NCBI GenBank assembly: GCA_031976395.1
Contig: DALYLJ010000001.1
Span: 1-56,893 of the forward strand
Direction of reading: 5' to 3'
DNA length: 56,893 nucleotides
Source of the DNA: Lysobacteraceae bacterium
Lineage (GTDB): Bacteria; Pseudomonadota; Gammaproteobacteria; Xanthomonadales; Xanthomonadaceae
The translations under genes were made by a program, and so were the position numbers. Shown in pieces: positions 48,694 to 56,893 of the stretch. The stretch's first letter is position 1. Every line of letters starts with the position of its first letter. The notes beneath the pieces were generated by a model. The model did not search any database. It was not told the origin of the DNA and saw only the letters and a list, made by a program, of their open reading frames with translations.

Positions 48694-51363
48694 ATGACCA
48701 TCGAATCTGCCGACCCTACGACCACCGACCCGAGCGGCGCCAGCACCACGCGCATGAGTGCCGTGGTCTGCCTCGACCTCGCCGACTCGACCGCCCTGGT
48801 CGAACGGCTCGGCGACGCGCGCGCCGCCGACCTGATCCGCCAGCACGACCGCATGGCGCGCGATCTGATGCAGCGCCACCATGGCCGCGAGATCGACAAG
48901 ACCGATGGCTTCCTGGTGCTGTTCGAGCGGGCCATCGACGCCGTCGCATTCGCACTCGAACACCAGCTTGCACTCGCGCGCTCCGGCCGCGACGGCGAGC
49001 GCCTGCTGCGGGCACGGATCGGCATCCATGTCGGCGAAGTCGTGCTCTGGGAAAACAGCGACGACGATGTCGCCCGTGGCGCCAAGCCTCTCGAAGTCGA
49101 GGGCCTGGCCAAGCCCCTGGCGGCTCGTCTCACCAGTCTCGCCCGACCCGGCCAGGTTCTGCTGTCCGAACACGCCTATGGCCTGTCCCGACGGGCCGAG
49201 GGCGAATTGCCGACCGACCTCGGAGCCGTCCGCTGGCTCGACCACGGCCGCTATCGCTTCAAGGGCATCGCCGAAGCGATGCCGGTGTACGAAGCCGGCC
49301 TGGTCGGCAGTTCACCGCTGCGCGCCCCGATCTCCGGCCCCAAGGCCGAGCGCGAGCGGCCGCTGTGGCGACATCCAACCACCCTGGCGATCGAAATCGC
49401 CGCCCTGATCCTGATTGCTTCCGGCGTGTTCTACCTGCTGCTCCGGGACTCTCCGGCCCTGGCATTCGCCGAACGCGACTGGGTGGTGGTCGGCGACCTC
49501 ATCAACCACACCACCGAACCGCTGTTCGACGACGCGCTGGAAACCGCCCTGCGGGTCGGACTGGAGCAGTCGCGCTTCATCAACCTCATTCCGGAATTGC
49601 AGGTCAATGCCAGTCTGGCACGGATGAACGCCGGCACGGCCGACATCGATCGTCGAATCGGCACCGAGCTTGCGGTTCGCGAAGGTGCCCGAGCCGTGTT
49701 CCTGCCGACCATCGCCGAGGTTGGCGGCCGAGTCCGGTTCACCGTCGAAGTGATCGACCCGCGCAGTGGCGCCACCGTATTCGGCGAGAGTGCCGACAGC
49801 GACGGCCTGGACGGCGTGCTTCCGGCCATGGATGACGTGGTGGCGCGCCTGCGCACCCGTCTGGGCGAATCGATGGCCAGCATTTCCGCCAGCAGCGCGC
49901 CGCTGGCCAGGGTCACCACCGGCAATCTGGAGGCACTGAAAGCCTACTCGCTGGCGATCGATGCCATGGCCACCGGCGACCCGCGCAAGGCATTGATGCT
50001 GTTCAACCGGGCAATCGAACTGGATCCTGACTTCTCCGCCGCCCACGCCAAACTGGCGGGCCTGCATCTTCTGGGTGACGATCGACAGAAATCACGCGCC
50101 GCGTTGGAAGCGGCCTATCGCAACCGCGAGCGCCTGTCGGAACGTGAACGCCTGCACATGGACGGCATGATGGCCAATCTGCACTCACCGGACGCCATGA
50201 TCGAGCGCTGGGGGCAACTGGCGGCGCTCTATCCCGACTACCTGGTTGGCCAGCAGAACCTCGGCTCGGCCTACTGGATGCAGGAATACCGATACGCCGC
50301 CGCCCTGGAGCAGTTCAACCACCTGATCGACAGCGGCCATCCGCTGCGCACGTTGTCGATGCAGAATGCCGCCGTCATGTACACCGCCCTGGGCGAATTC
50401 GATCAGGCATCCGAACTTTATGCCCGCGCCCTGTCGCACGGCGGAATCAACCTGTTCGACGGCCCGGTCGATCTGCACCTGGCCCAGCGTCAGCACGAAC
50501 AGGCGCTCGCCACCCTGTCGGTCGATCTCAGCCGCGACATCGCCTCGACCGTGTTCTGGAAGGCCCTGCGCAAGATCGCCGTGCAGGCCGACCTGGGCCA
50601 GGCAAGGGCCGTGGAACAGACCCTGGCCGAGCTCGCCCAGAATCCCGCCGTCAGCGCCAACCCGGCCAACGCGCTCCGAATGGAGTTGGCTCGCCTGGCC
50701 GTTCTGGCCGACACCCGCCCGGACGCGGTCGGCGCCGAACTGGAGACCTACCTCGATCGGCTGCATGGCGAACTCGATCCGAATCCGCTCACCCCGATCG
50801 ACGGATTGCCAAGCCTCATGCTGATCGCCGCCAATCTGGCTGCCCAGACCGGCCACCTGCAACTCGCCGATCGGCACTATCGGATACTGGCACCGCGTGT
50901 CCTCGCCACACCGACGTTCGAGCGGCTCGCCCTGCTCGACGCACTGCGCTGGCGATTGAAACCGAGCCAGCCGGACCTGGATGAAGCGAGCCTTCCCGGC
51001 AACACCTTCTACCTCGACCGCAGCCTCTATCTACGCGAGATCGCCCGCGCCGAATACGACCTTGCCCAAGACCAGCCCGATGCCCTGGATCGACTGGCGA
51101 GTCTGTGCCGCGATCGCCGAACCGCCGTCAGCGAGTGGGGCAGCGGCTTTTCCCTGCTGGTACCCAACATCCTGGCCAGCAATCGTGCCTGTCAACGCGC
51201 ATCGCAGGTAGCCGAGCACACCGGCCGCACCGACCTCGCCAAGGCACTCGGCGAACTGCTCGATCGCGCCTGGCAGCACGCCGACCCGGACTGGCCGGGC
51301 CGGCGCACCGCCGGAGCGACTCCGGCAGACCGATCACTCGACCAGGAAGATCCAGAGGCCTAA
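48694..51363 (+). CDS. Class III adenylate/guanylate cyclase-domain protein with a TM segment, periplasmic domain and C-terminal TPR array
   Basis: I trimmed the ORF to the ATG at 48694. The cyclase fold reads SAVVCLDLADSTALVERLGD...KTDGFLVLFE...ARIGIHVGEVV...ARLTSLARPGQVLLSEHAY. The TM helix is TLAIEIAALILIASGVFYLLL. Later TPR-like repeats are present. Confidence 0.8.
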   Translation: MTIESADPTTTDPSGASTTRMSAVVCLDLADSTALVERLGDARAADLIRQHDRMARDLMQRHHGREIDKTDGFLVLFERAIDAVAFALEHQLALARSGRDGERLLRARIGIHVGEVVLWENSDDDVARGAKPLEVEGLAKPLAARLTSLARPGQVLLSEHAYGLSRRAEGELPTDLGAVRWLDHGRYRFKGIAEAMPVYEAGLVGSSPLRAPISGPKAERERPLWRHPTTLAIEIAALILIASGVFYLLLRDSPALAFAERDWVVVGDLINHTTEPLFDDALETALRVGLEQSRFINLIPELQVNASLARMNAGTADIDRRIGTELAVREGARAVFLPTIAEVGGRVRFTVEVIDPRSGATVFGESADSDGLDGVLPAMDDVVARLRTRLGESMASISASSAPLARVTTGNLEALKAYSLAIDAMATGDPRKALMLFNRAIELDPDFSAAHAKLAGLHLLGDDRQKSRAALEAAYRNRERLSERERLHMDGMMANLHSPDAMIERWGQLAALYPDYLVGQQNLGSAYWMQEYRYAAALEQFNHLIDSGHPLRTLSMQNAAVMYTALGEFDQASELYARALSHGGINLFDGPVDLHLAQRQHEQALATLSVDLSRDIASTVFWKALRKIAVQADLGQARAVEQTLAELAQNPAVSANPANALRMELARLAVLADTRPDAVGAELETYLDRLHGELDPNPLTPIDGLPSLMLIAANLAAQTGHLQLADRHYRILAPRVLATPTFERLALLDALRWRLKPSQPDLDEASLPGNTFYLDRSLYLREIARAEYDLAQDQPDALDRLASLCRDRRTAVSEWGSGFSLLVPNILASNRACQRASQVAEHTGRTDLAKALGELLDRAWQHADPDWPGRRTAGATPADRSLDQEDPEA

Positions 51364-51585
51364 CTGACCGTTCAACTTCGACTTGATGGCCTCACGATTG
51401 GCCTTCAGCACCTCTTTCGAGGGCAGCCGACGCACGGCCGGCACCTGGGCCGGATCGACACTCACCCCAAGCGTATGCAGCACCAGGGCCGGATTGCCCA
51501 AGAACTGCTCGCGGAATTGATCGTCGCTGGACAGCCGGTCGAGCAGGGTATCGACGATCTCGGGTGTGAAACAGGTATTGGTCAT
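51334..51585 (-). CDS. 83-aa NHLP-like (nitrile-hydratase-leader-like) putative modified-peptide precursor
   Basis: The ATG at 51585 lies 8 nt after GGGGAGA. The product is MTNTCFTPEIVDTLLDRLSSDDQFREQFLGNPALVLHTLGVSVDPAQVPAVRRLPSKEVLKANREAIKSKLNGQLGLWIFLVE. The segment LLxRLxxDxxFRxxFLxNPxxxLxxxGV resembles NHLP leader domains. It is divergent from a SagB-type dehydrogenase. The track ORF 51334..51762 is longer, but its upstream part is Arg/Ser/Gly-rich. Confidence 0.6.
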   Translation of the reverse strand: MTNTCFTPEIVDTLLDRLSSDDQFREQFLGNPALVLHTLGVSVDPAQVPAVRRLPSKEVLKANREAIKSKLNGQLGLWIFLVE

Positions 51586-51783
51586 GGTCGTAGTCTCCCC
51601 AGGGTGCGATGGTGTGGATCGGCGTGACGCCCGCTGGCACGACATGGCAGCCAGGCGGGCCGGTGAGGATACTATCAGGCCGACCGACCCTCCGACGGCC
51701 GACGCCGTCGGGACGCCGCCCTGAAGCCCAGAAACGCCGCTCGCCGCCATCCGATCGATCACCCCCTATCCGAGAGCCCCCGC

Positions 51784-52953
51784 ATGCTCGTGCGCCGCTG
51801 TGCCATCGTCATGATCGAACCCCGCGAACGTCTCGACTTCGATCTGACCGTGCTGTTTCGCGGCGAAGGCGCGTTCACCACGCACATCGAATGGCTGGCC
51901 CTGGCCGCCCACCTCGACCAGCCGGTCGTCCTGTCGATCGCCGATCTCGAACTGCTCGGCCGGTTCGGCGAAACGCTCTGGATCGATCGCAGCCGCCTGC
52001 CCACCGACCTGTCCCAGACCGGCATCGACACCCTGCTCACAGCCGGACTGCTGATCGCCGACAGCATCCACCCGGAACACCGCCATCGCGATGAACGGGT
52101 CCGCGCGACCCATTGGCGCGCACTGTCGGCACTGACCCACATCCACAGCCGCTGGCATGACATCAATGCCATCCGCGACTCGACCGCCGGATACACCGAT
52201 ATCCGCGACATGGTCGCCCAACTTGGCCCGCCGCCGCCGGAAACCATCGACCGCCGACCGACCGACGCGCGCATCACCCTTCCGGCCGCGCCTTCGGATC
52301 GTCTCGACCCGATCCTGCACGCCCGCTACACCGGTCGCAATTACGACAGCCGAGCGGTGTTGCCGCTGGCCACCGCGAGCCGGCTGCTGCAACGCAGCTT
52401 CGGCGCGCAATGGACGCGCGAACTGGCACCGGGGGCGGTGGCGCTGAAGAAGACCAGCCCGTCCGGCGGCAGTCTGCATCCGACCGAAGCCTATCTGCTG
52501 GTCCAACGGGTCGAGGGCATCGCGCCCGGCCTCTACCACTACCACCCGATCGATCATGCCCTGGAACCACTGGCCACCCTCACCGACACGGCTGCGCGGA
52601 CCACCGCGCTGCGCTTCGTCGCCGATCAGCACTGGTTTGCCGATGCACCGCTGATGGTCGTACTGGCCACCCGTGCCCAGCGCAATTTCTGGAAGTATCG
52701 CAACCACCCGAAAGCCTATCGAGCGGTGCTGCTCGATGCCGGCCACCTGTCGCAGACCTTCTACCTGTTGGCCGCCGAGGCTGGCCTGCCGGCCTTCATC
52801 ACCGCCGCCATCAACGAAGTCGAGATCGAACAGGCATTCGGACTGGACCCGATCGATGACCTGGTGGTCGCCGTCCTCGGCTGCGGCCCTGCCGCCGAAC
52901 ACCCCGAAACGGTCGAATTCCGTCACATCCCCCACCTCCCGGACCCCCACTGA
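51784..52953 (+). CDS. SagB-type (nitroreductase-fold, FMN) putative peptide-maturation dehydrogenase with a distinct ~190-aa N-terminal domain
   Basis: The C-terminal half carries the SagB/nitroreductase signature: RYTGRNYD..., KKTSPSGGSLHPTEAYLLV, GLYHYHPIDHAL, KAYRAVLLDAGHLSQTFYLLAAEAGLPAFITAAINE. The N-terminal half matches no family I know. The start may be 51784 or 51811. Confidence 0.82.
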   Translation: MLVRRCAIVMIEPRERLDFDLTVLFRGEGAFTTHIEWLALAAHLDQPVVLSIADLELLGRFGETLWIDRSRLPTDLSQTGIDTLLTAGLLIADSIHPEHRHRDERVRATHWRALSALTHIHSRWHDINAIRDSTAGYTDIRDMVAQLGPPPPETIDRRPTDARITLPAAPSDRLDPILHARYTGRNYDSRAVLPLATASRLLQRSFGAQWTRELAPGAVALKKTSPSGGSLHPTEAYLLVQRVEGIAPGLYHYHPIDHALEPLATLTDTAARTTALRFVADQHWFADAPLMVVLATRAQRNFWKYRNHPKAYRAVLLDAGHLSQTFYLLAAEAGLPAFITAAINEVEIEQAFGLDPIDDLVVAVLGCGPAAEHPETVEFRHIPHLPDPH

Positions 52954-53051
52954 ATCGGCGATCGGCGCCGATGTCGGCATCGGGCTCACCCGAAACGACG
53001 ACGGCCCGCATCAAGCGGGCCGTCGGGTCGAACGATTGCCGGAAACGGCGA

Positions 53052-53216
53052 TTACTTGATCTTGCCTTCCTTGTACGCCACGTGCTTGCGAACGACGGGA
53101 TCGTACTTCTTGATCTCCATCTTGTTCGGCGTGTTCTTCTTGTTCTTGTCGGTGGTGTAGAAGTGGCCGGTGCCGGCCGAGGAGATCAGGCGGATCTTGT
53201 CGCGCTTGGATGCCAT
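53052..53216 (-). CDS. rpmG: 50S ribosomal protein L33
   Basis: This gene is not in the ORF track, being under 60 aa. My manual translation is [54 protein letters not shown]. Confidence 0.95.
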   Translation of the reverse strand: MASKRDKIRLISSAGTGHFYTTDKNKKNTPNKMEIKKYDPVVRKHVAYKEGKIK

Positions 53217-53229
53217 GGTGACTTACTCC

Positions 53230-53466
53230 TCAGACCTTTTCGCCACGGGCACGGAGTTCGGCCAGAACCGAATCGATGCCGTTCTTGTCGATGGTGCGCA
53301 GCGCATGCGCGGAAACACGCAGCTTGACCCAGCGGTTCTCACTGGCGACCCAGAAGCGCCGTTCGTGCAGATTCGGCAGAAACCGCCGACGGGTCTTGTT
53401 GTTGGCATGGGAGACGTTGTTGCCGCTCCGCACGCCCTTGCCGGAAACTCGACAAACGCGGGACAT
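53230..53466 (-). CDS. rpmB: 50S ribosomal protein L28
   Basis: [40 protein letters not shown]... is canonical L28. The rpmB-rpmG order is conserved. Confidence 0.95.
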   Translation of the reverse strand: MSRVCRVSGKGVRSGNNVSHANNKTRRRFLPNLHERRFWVASENRWVKLRVSAHALRTIDKNGIDSVLAELRARGEKV

Positions 53467-53659
53467 GACGCACCTCTCGATGAATGGATTTCGGACTTCC
53501 CTTGGCCAGGAAAGCTTCGGCCCCTGGGCACACAGCCCAACGCGATGCGGGACCAGGTCGACAGCGGCCGGGATCGCGCGCCCAGGTCCGCCAGATCAAC
53601 AACAGCACAGCAACCATCACATCCCGGCCGAGCCGGCCGATTCAGATGGCTAGCCGGAC

Positions 53660-53688
53660 ATTATGCGATGGATCGCGGGCCAAGGCAA
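53660..53688 (-). promoter_or_regulatory. Candidate sigma70 promoter for rpmB-rpmG
   Basis: On the minus strand the sequence reads TTGCCT, then 17 nt, then CATAAT. It lies ~195 nt upstream of the rpmB start. This is a sequence match only. Confidence 0.4.
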
Positions 53689-53732
53689 GGACCGTAGCGA
53701 ATGCCACGCGCCGATCGACCCCACCCAGCCGA

Positions 53733-55472
53733 TCACTCCGGCGACCGACCGACCCAGGCCGCGAACGTGCGGCGGATCCGGCCGAGCAGTGAAATCTTCG
53801 GTTCGTCGATCGATGACGCCGGCGACTGCGATTCAGTCCCGCGACCCGTCCTGGACTCGGCGGATGCAGGACGCCCCGTCTCCGAACCGTTCAACCCGGC
53901 GACCTGGCTCGTACCGGCCTCGCCGGGGCCACGCCGACGCCGCCGGCCGCCCCGACGACGACGCTTGCCATCACCGGTCGGCGCGGAAACCGATTCCTCA
54001 CCGGCGCCTGACACGACCGGCGCAGGCTTGCGCACGGATTGGACCATCGGCGCATCCGGCGCCCGGACACCGGCCGCTGCGGCAGCCGCAGCATCGGTGT
54101 CGAGACCTGTACTGCGCTCCCGACGCGGCCGTTCGGTCCGGCCCGAACGGCGACCATCGCCACGACCGCCATCGCGACCCCCACCAGCCCGCCTTCCGCC
54201 GCGACCTGCGACCGCCGCCTCCTCGCGTGCTTGACGGTAGATCGATGACACCGACTCGCCGCTATCGTCGGCCTGCTCGGCGCGCGCGCGCGGCAGCGGG
54301 ATGAGCAATGCGGGATCGTAGCTCGCGACTGGAATCTTCTGCTCGATGAATGCCTCGATGTCGGGCAGCGAGGGCGCGTACAGCTCACAGGCGAAACTGA
54401 TCGCATCACCCTCCGCACCCAGACGCGCCGTCCGACCGATCCGATGGACGTAGTCCTCGGAATCGAACGGCAGATCGAAGTTGTAGACGTGACTGACACC
54501 ATCAATGTGCAGCCCACGTGCCGCCACATCGGTGGCGACCAGGATTTCCAACTGGCCACGCTGGAAGCGCGCCAGCAAGGACTCGCGCTTCTTCTGCGGC
54601 ACATCACCGGACAGCACACCGACCCGGAAACCGGCCTTTTCCAGCGCCCTGGCAACCCGCTCGACCCAGACCTTGGTGTTGACGAACACCATCGTGCGCG
54701 CCCCCTCGGAGCGGGTCAGCAGACCGATCAGCAGGGGCAGCTTCTCGTCGTTGGACGGGAAATACACCTGCTGCCGAACCCGGGCAGCGGTGACCGTCTC
54801 GGTCTCGACCACCAGCTTCTCCGGCTCGTTCATGTGCTCGTAGGCCAGTTCCAACACCCGGTGGCTGAGCGTGGCCGAGAACAGCAGGGTCTGGCGTTCG
54901 GTGCGCACCGGCATGCGCCGGAGCAGGAAACGGATGTCCTTGATGAAACCGAGATCGAACATGCGATCGGCCTCATCCAGCACACACACCTCACAGGCAT
55001 GCAGCGACACCACCTTGTGCTGCTTGACGTAGTCGATCAACCGACCCGGCGTGGCGATGATCACGTCCGCCCCTGCGCGCAGCAGTTCGCGCTGCTTGTC
55101 GTAATCGACCCCGCCGTAGACCAGCGCGAAGCGCAGACCGGACTCGGCCGCGAATGCCTGGGCATCCTTGTGGATCTGGATCGCCAGCTCACGGGTCGGC
55201 GCCAGGATCAGCGCCCGGGGATCCTCCGGCTTGCGCTCGGCCAGGGCCGGATGACTGAGCAGGCGATTGGCCAGCGCGACCAGGAAAGCCAGCGTCTTGC
55301 CGGTGCCGGTCTGTGCCTGCCCGGCCACGTCGCGACCGGCCAGCGCCACCGGCAGGGTCATCGCCTGGATCGGTGTGCAGCGCGTGAATCCAGCGCGTTC
55401 GAGCCCTGCGAGCAAGCTCGGATGCAATGCGAAATTGCTGAAAGGAATGTCGGTAAGCGGTTTATCAGTCAT
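53733..55472 (-). CDS. rhlB: ATP-dependent DEAD-box RNA helicase RhlB with a long Arg/Gly-rich C-terminal extension
   Basis: I trimmed the ORF to the ATG at 55472 ([24 protein letters not shown]). Helicase motifs are present: Q motif, [18 protein letters not shown] (VLDEADRM), SAT and HRIGRTAR. The gene is divergent from trxA as in E. coli. The last ~150 aa are RG/RRRR-rich. Confidence 0.9.
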   Translation of the reverse strand: MTDKPLTDIPFSNFALHPSLLAGLERAGFTRCTPIQAMTLPVALAGRDVAGQAQTGTGKTLAFLVALANRLLSHPALAERKPEDPRALILAPTRELAIQIHKDAQAFAAESGLRFALVYGGVDYDKQRELLRAGADVIIATPGRLIDYVKQHKVVSLHACEVCVLDEADRMFDLGFIKDIRFLLRRMPVRTERQTLLFSATLSHRVLELAYEHMNEPEKLVVETETVTAARVRQQVYFPSNDEKLPLLIGLLTRSEGARTMVFVNTKVWVERVARALEKAGFRVGVLSGDVPQKKRESLLARFQRGQLEILVATDVAARGLHIDGVSHVYNFDLPFDSEDYVHRIGRTARLGAEGDAISFACELYAPSLPDIEAFIEQKIPVASYDPALLIPLPRARAEQADDSGESVSSIYRQAREEAAVAGRGGRRAGGGRDGGRGDGRRSGRTERPRRERSTGLDTDAAAAAAAGVRAPDAPMVQSVRKPAPVVSGAGEESVSAPTGDGKRRRRGGRRRRRGPGEAGTSQVAGLNGSETGRPASAESRTGRGTESQSPASSIDEPKISLLGRIRRTFAAWVGRSPE

Positions 55473-55624
55473 GAAATGCGGACTCGCACAACGGCGGCGG
55501 CGCTTGCGTGCCGATTCAGCCGGCCGCACACTGGACGGAAACCGCCCTCTAGGCCGGGCGGACGTCCGAATAATCCAACAGTGTACCCCATCGCGCGGTC
55601 GATTACGGCCGTCCACAGGAGCCA

Positions 55625-55957
55625 ATGAACGTGAGCGAACATACCATTGACGTGAACGACACGAACTTCGAGGCCGAAGTCCTCAAGTCGGGCGACCCGG
55701 TCCTGGTCGATTTCTGGGCGGAATGGTGCGGGCCGTGCAAGATGATCGCCCCGGTGATCGACGACATCGCCAAGACCTACTCCGGCCGTCTGAAAGTGGT
55801 CAAGGTCAACATCGACAACAGCCCGAACACCCCGCGCAAGTATGCCGTGCGCGGCATCCCGACCCTCATGCTGTTCAAGGAAGGCGAGGTTCGCGAGACC
55901 CACGTCGGCGCGGTCGGCAAGGCCCACCTCACCCAACTCATCGATCGAGCACTCTGA
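55625..55957 (+). CDS. trxA: Thioredoxin 1
   Basis: The active site is [18 protein letters not shown]. The length is 110 aa. The trxA-rho order is conserved. Confidence 0.95.
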   Translation: MNVSEHTIDVNDTNFEAEVLKSGDPVLVDFWAEWCGPCKMIAPVIDDIAKTYSGRLKVVKVNIDNSPNTPRKYAVRGIPTLMLFKEGEVRETHVGAVGKAHLTQLIDRAL

Positions 55958-56178
55958 TCGGCCTCCATCCGAACCCGGCCGGCACCCTCGCCGACCGGGT
56001 TCATCGGCAGCACACCCGACACACACGGCTTGCCGTCCGGCCCGGACGGTGCTATGGTTGCAGCCCACATCGCGTCCGCGCGCATTCGCCAGCGCGGCCA
56101 CCCGAACCAATTCTCCCCCAAGAACCACCTTCTCGAAGAACCAGGTTCTTCTCGCCGACCCCTTGCGAGGTTTCCCGC

Positions 56179-56893
56179 GTGTCCGATAACCATACCGAGA
56201 CCGGTGCCGGCGCTGTGCCGCGCGAGTCCGCAGCCGCGCCTGAAAGCGCACCTTCCGCCGCAACTTCGGCCACCCCAGCCAATCACGGTTACACCGAAGT
56301 AAACCTCGGCACCGGCGCCGAAGGCAATGATGGCAGCCCGAAGTCGCACGACAACGCATCGCGCGAGAACACCCGCCGAGGCCGCCACAGCCGGCACCGA
56401 CGCAACCGCGACCGCGACCGCCCGAACCGCGAACCGAGCGACGACAACGGCGATGAAGTCGAAGTCCGCGACAACCGGCCGCCGCCGAGCGTACCGCCGG
56501 ACTTCCCGGTCTACAGCCTGAACGACCTCAAGCGCATGCCCGCGCACAAACTGCTCGACATCGCCGAGCAGTTGAACATCCACGAGGGCGTCGCGCGAAT
56601 GCGCAAGCAGGACGTGATCTTCGCCCTGCTCAAGGTGCTCACCCGGGTGGGCGACGGCGTGGCCGGCGAAGGCGTTCTGGAAATCCTGCCCGATGGCTTC
56701 GGTTTCCTGCGCTCGGCCGACGCCAGCTACCTGGCCGGCCCCGACGACGTCTACATCTCGCCCAGCCAGATTCGCCGCTTCAACCTGCGCACCGGTGACG
56801 AGATCGCCGGCCGCATCCGCAGCCCCAAGGACGGCGAACGCTACGTCGCCCTGGCCAAGGTCGATACCATCAATCACGAGCCGCCCGAGGCGT
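56179..56893 (+). CDS. rho: Transcription termination factor Rho, 5' portion running off the window, with a ~110-aa low-complexity N-terminal extension
   Basis: From 56518 onward the frame reads [39 protein letters not shown]...[64 protein letters not shown], nearly collinear with E. coli Rho residues 1-125. The only in-frame ATG/GTG/TTG starts upstream are GTG 56179 (GAGG 8 nt upstream) and GTG 56215. The intervening frame has ~80% GC3. Confidence 0.88.
   Translation, partial: MSDNHTETGAGAVPRESAAAPESAPSAATSATPANHGYTEVNLGTGAEGNDGSPKSHDNASRENTRRGRHSRHRRNRDRDRPNREPSDDNGDEVEVRDNRPPPSVPPDFPVYSLNDLKRMPAHKLLDIAEQLNIHEGVARMRKQDVIFALLKVLTRVGDGVAGEGVLEILPDGFGFLRSADASYLAGPDDVYISPSQIRRFNLRTGDEIAGRIRSPKDGERYVALAKVDTINHEPPEA

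Noticed and set aside
51635-51650. Sigma54-like TGGCACGACATGGCAG upstream of the SagB-type gene
   Set aside because: The GG-to-GC spacing is one nucleotide short of the canonical -24/-12 geometry, which normally abolishes function.
51586-51762. Longer version (142 aa) of the peptide ORF 51334..51762
   Set aside because: The extra N-terminal 59 residues are Ser/Gly/Arg/Ala-rich and lie in the divergent promoter region. The internal ATG at 51585 has a proper SD, and NHLP-like homology begins right there.
1-56893. CRISPR arrays, tRNA/rRNA genes, IS elements, integrases, phage genes, toxin-antitoxin or known defence-system genes
   Set aside because: I scanned the intergenic gaps and the ORF translations. 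I found no regularly spaced repeats, cloverleaf candidates, transposase/integrase motifs or defence-associated domains. This is a by-eye search, so small ncRNAs could have been missed.

Overview
This 56.9 kb window is visibly high-GC and reads as chromosomal DNA. Gene content and local synteny look gammaproteobacterial: pyrE, then algC-dut-coaBC opposite radC, argS-SPOR, plsB, rep, tdk, mutM, rpmB-rpmG, and rhlB opposite trxA-rho. This order resembles Pseudomonas, Xanthomonadales or Nevskiales genomes, but the taxon is an inference. I support 45 protein-coding genes. I saw no tRNA, rRNA, CRISPR array, IS element or prophage. Because of the GC content, most real genes are shadowed by long antisense or out-of-frame ORFs rich in Arg, Gly, His and Pro. 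I rejected these (see noticed_but_rejected). I trimmed several track ORFs to internal starts that restore signal peptides, family-typical N-termini, ATGA/TTGA coupling overlaps or Shine-Dalgarno spacing.

Notable blocks:
- 6.2-16.4 kb, minus strand: a Vibrio TonB2-type six-gene energy-transduction operon (DUF3450, long MotA/ExbB, ExbB, ExbD, TonB, TPR). It is followed by a 1059-aa TonB-dependent receptor and a secreted protein of unknown function.
- 34.7-38.3 kb: an ECF sigma factor paired with a Ser/Thr kinase.
- 41-51.4 kb: a signalling island. It holds a solute-symporter-fused hybrid histidine kinase (CrbS/MxtR-like), a cNMP/CBS/DUF294 nucleotidyltransferase plus DEDDh exonuclease pair, a cNMP-gated GGDEF cyclase, and a class III cyclase-TPR protein.
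- 51.3-53.0 kb: the best candidate for an uncharacterised system. A divergently transcribed 83-aa NHLP-like peptide gene sits next to a SagB-type (nitroreductase-fold) dehydrogenase. No YcaO/cyclodehydratase, protease or exporter is nearby.

Other oddities are a Grx4 / Cys-less IscA-like / rhodanese triple fusion, a membrane-anchored long form of AlgC, and Arg-rich disordered extensions on both RhlB and Rho.
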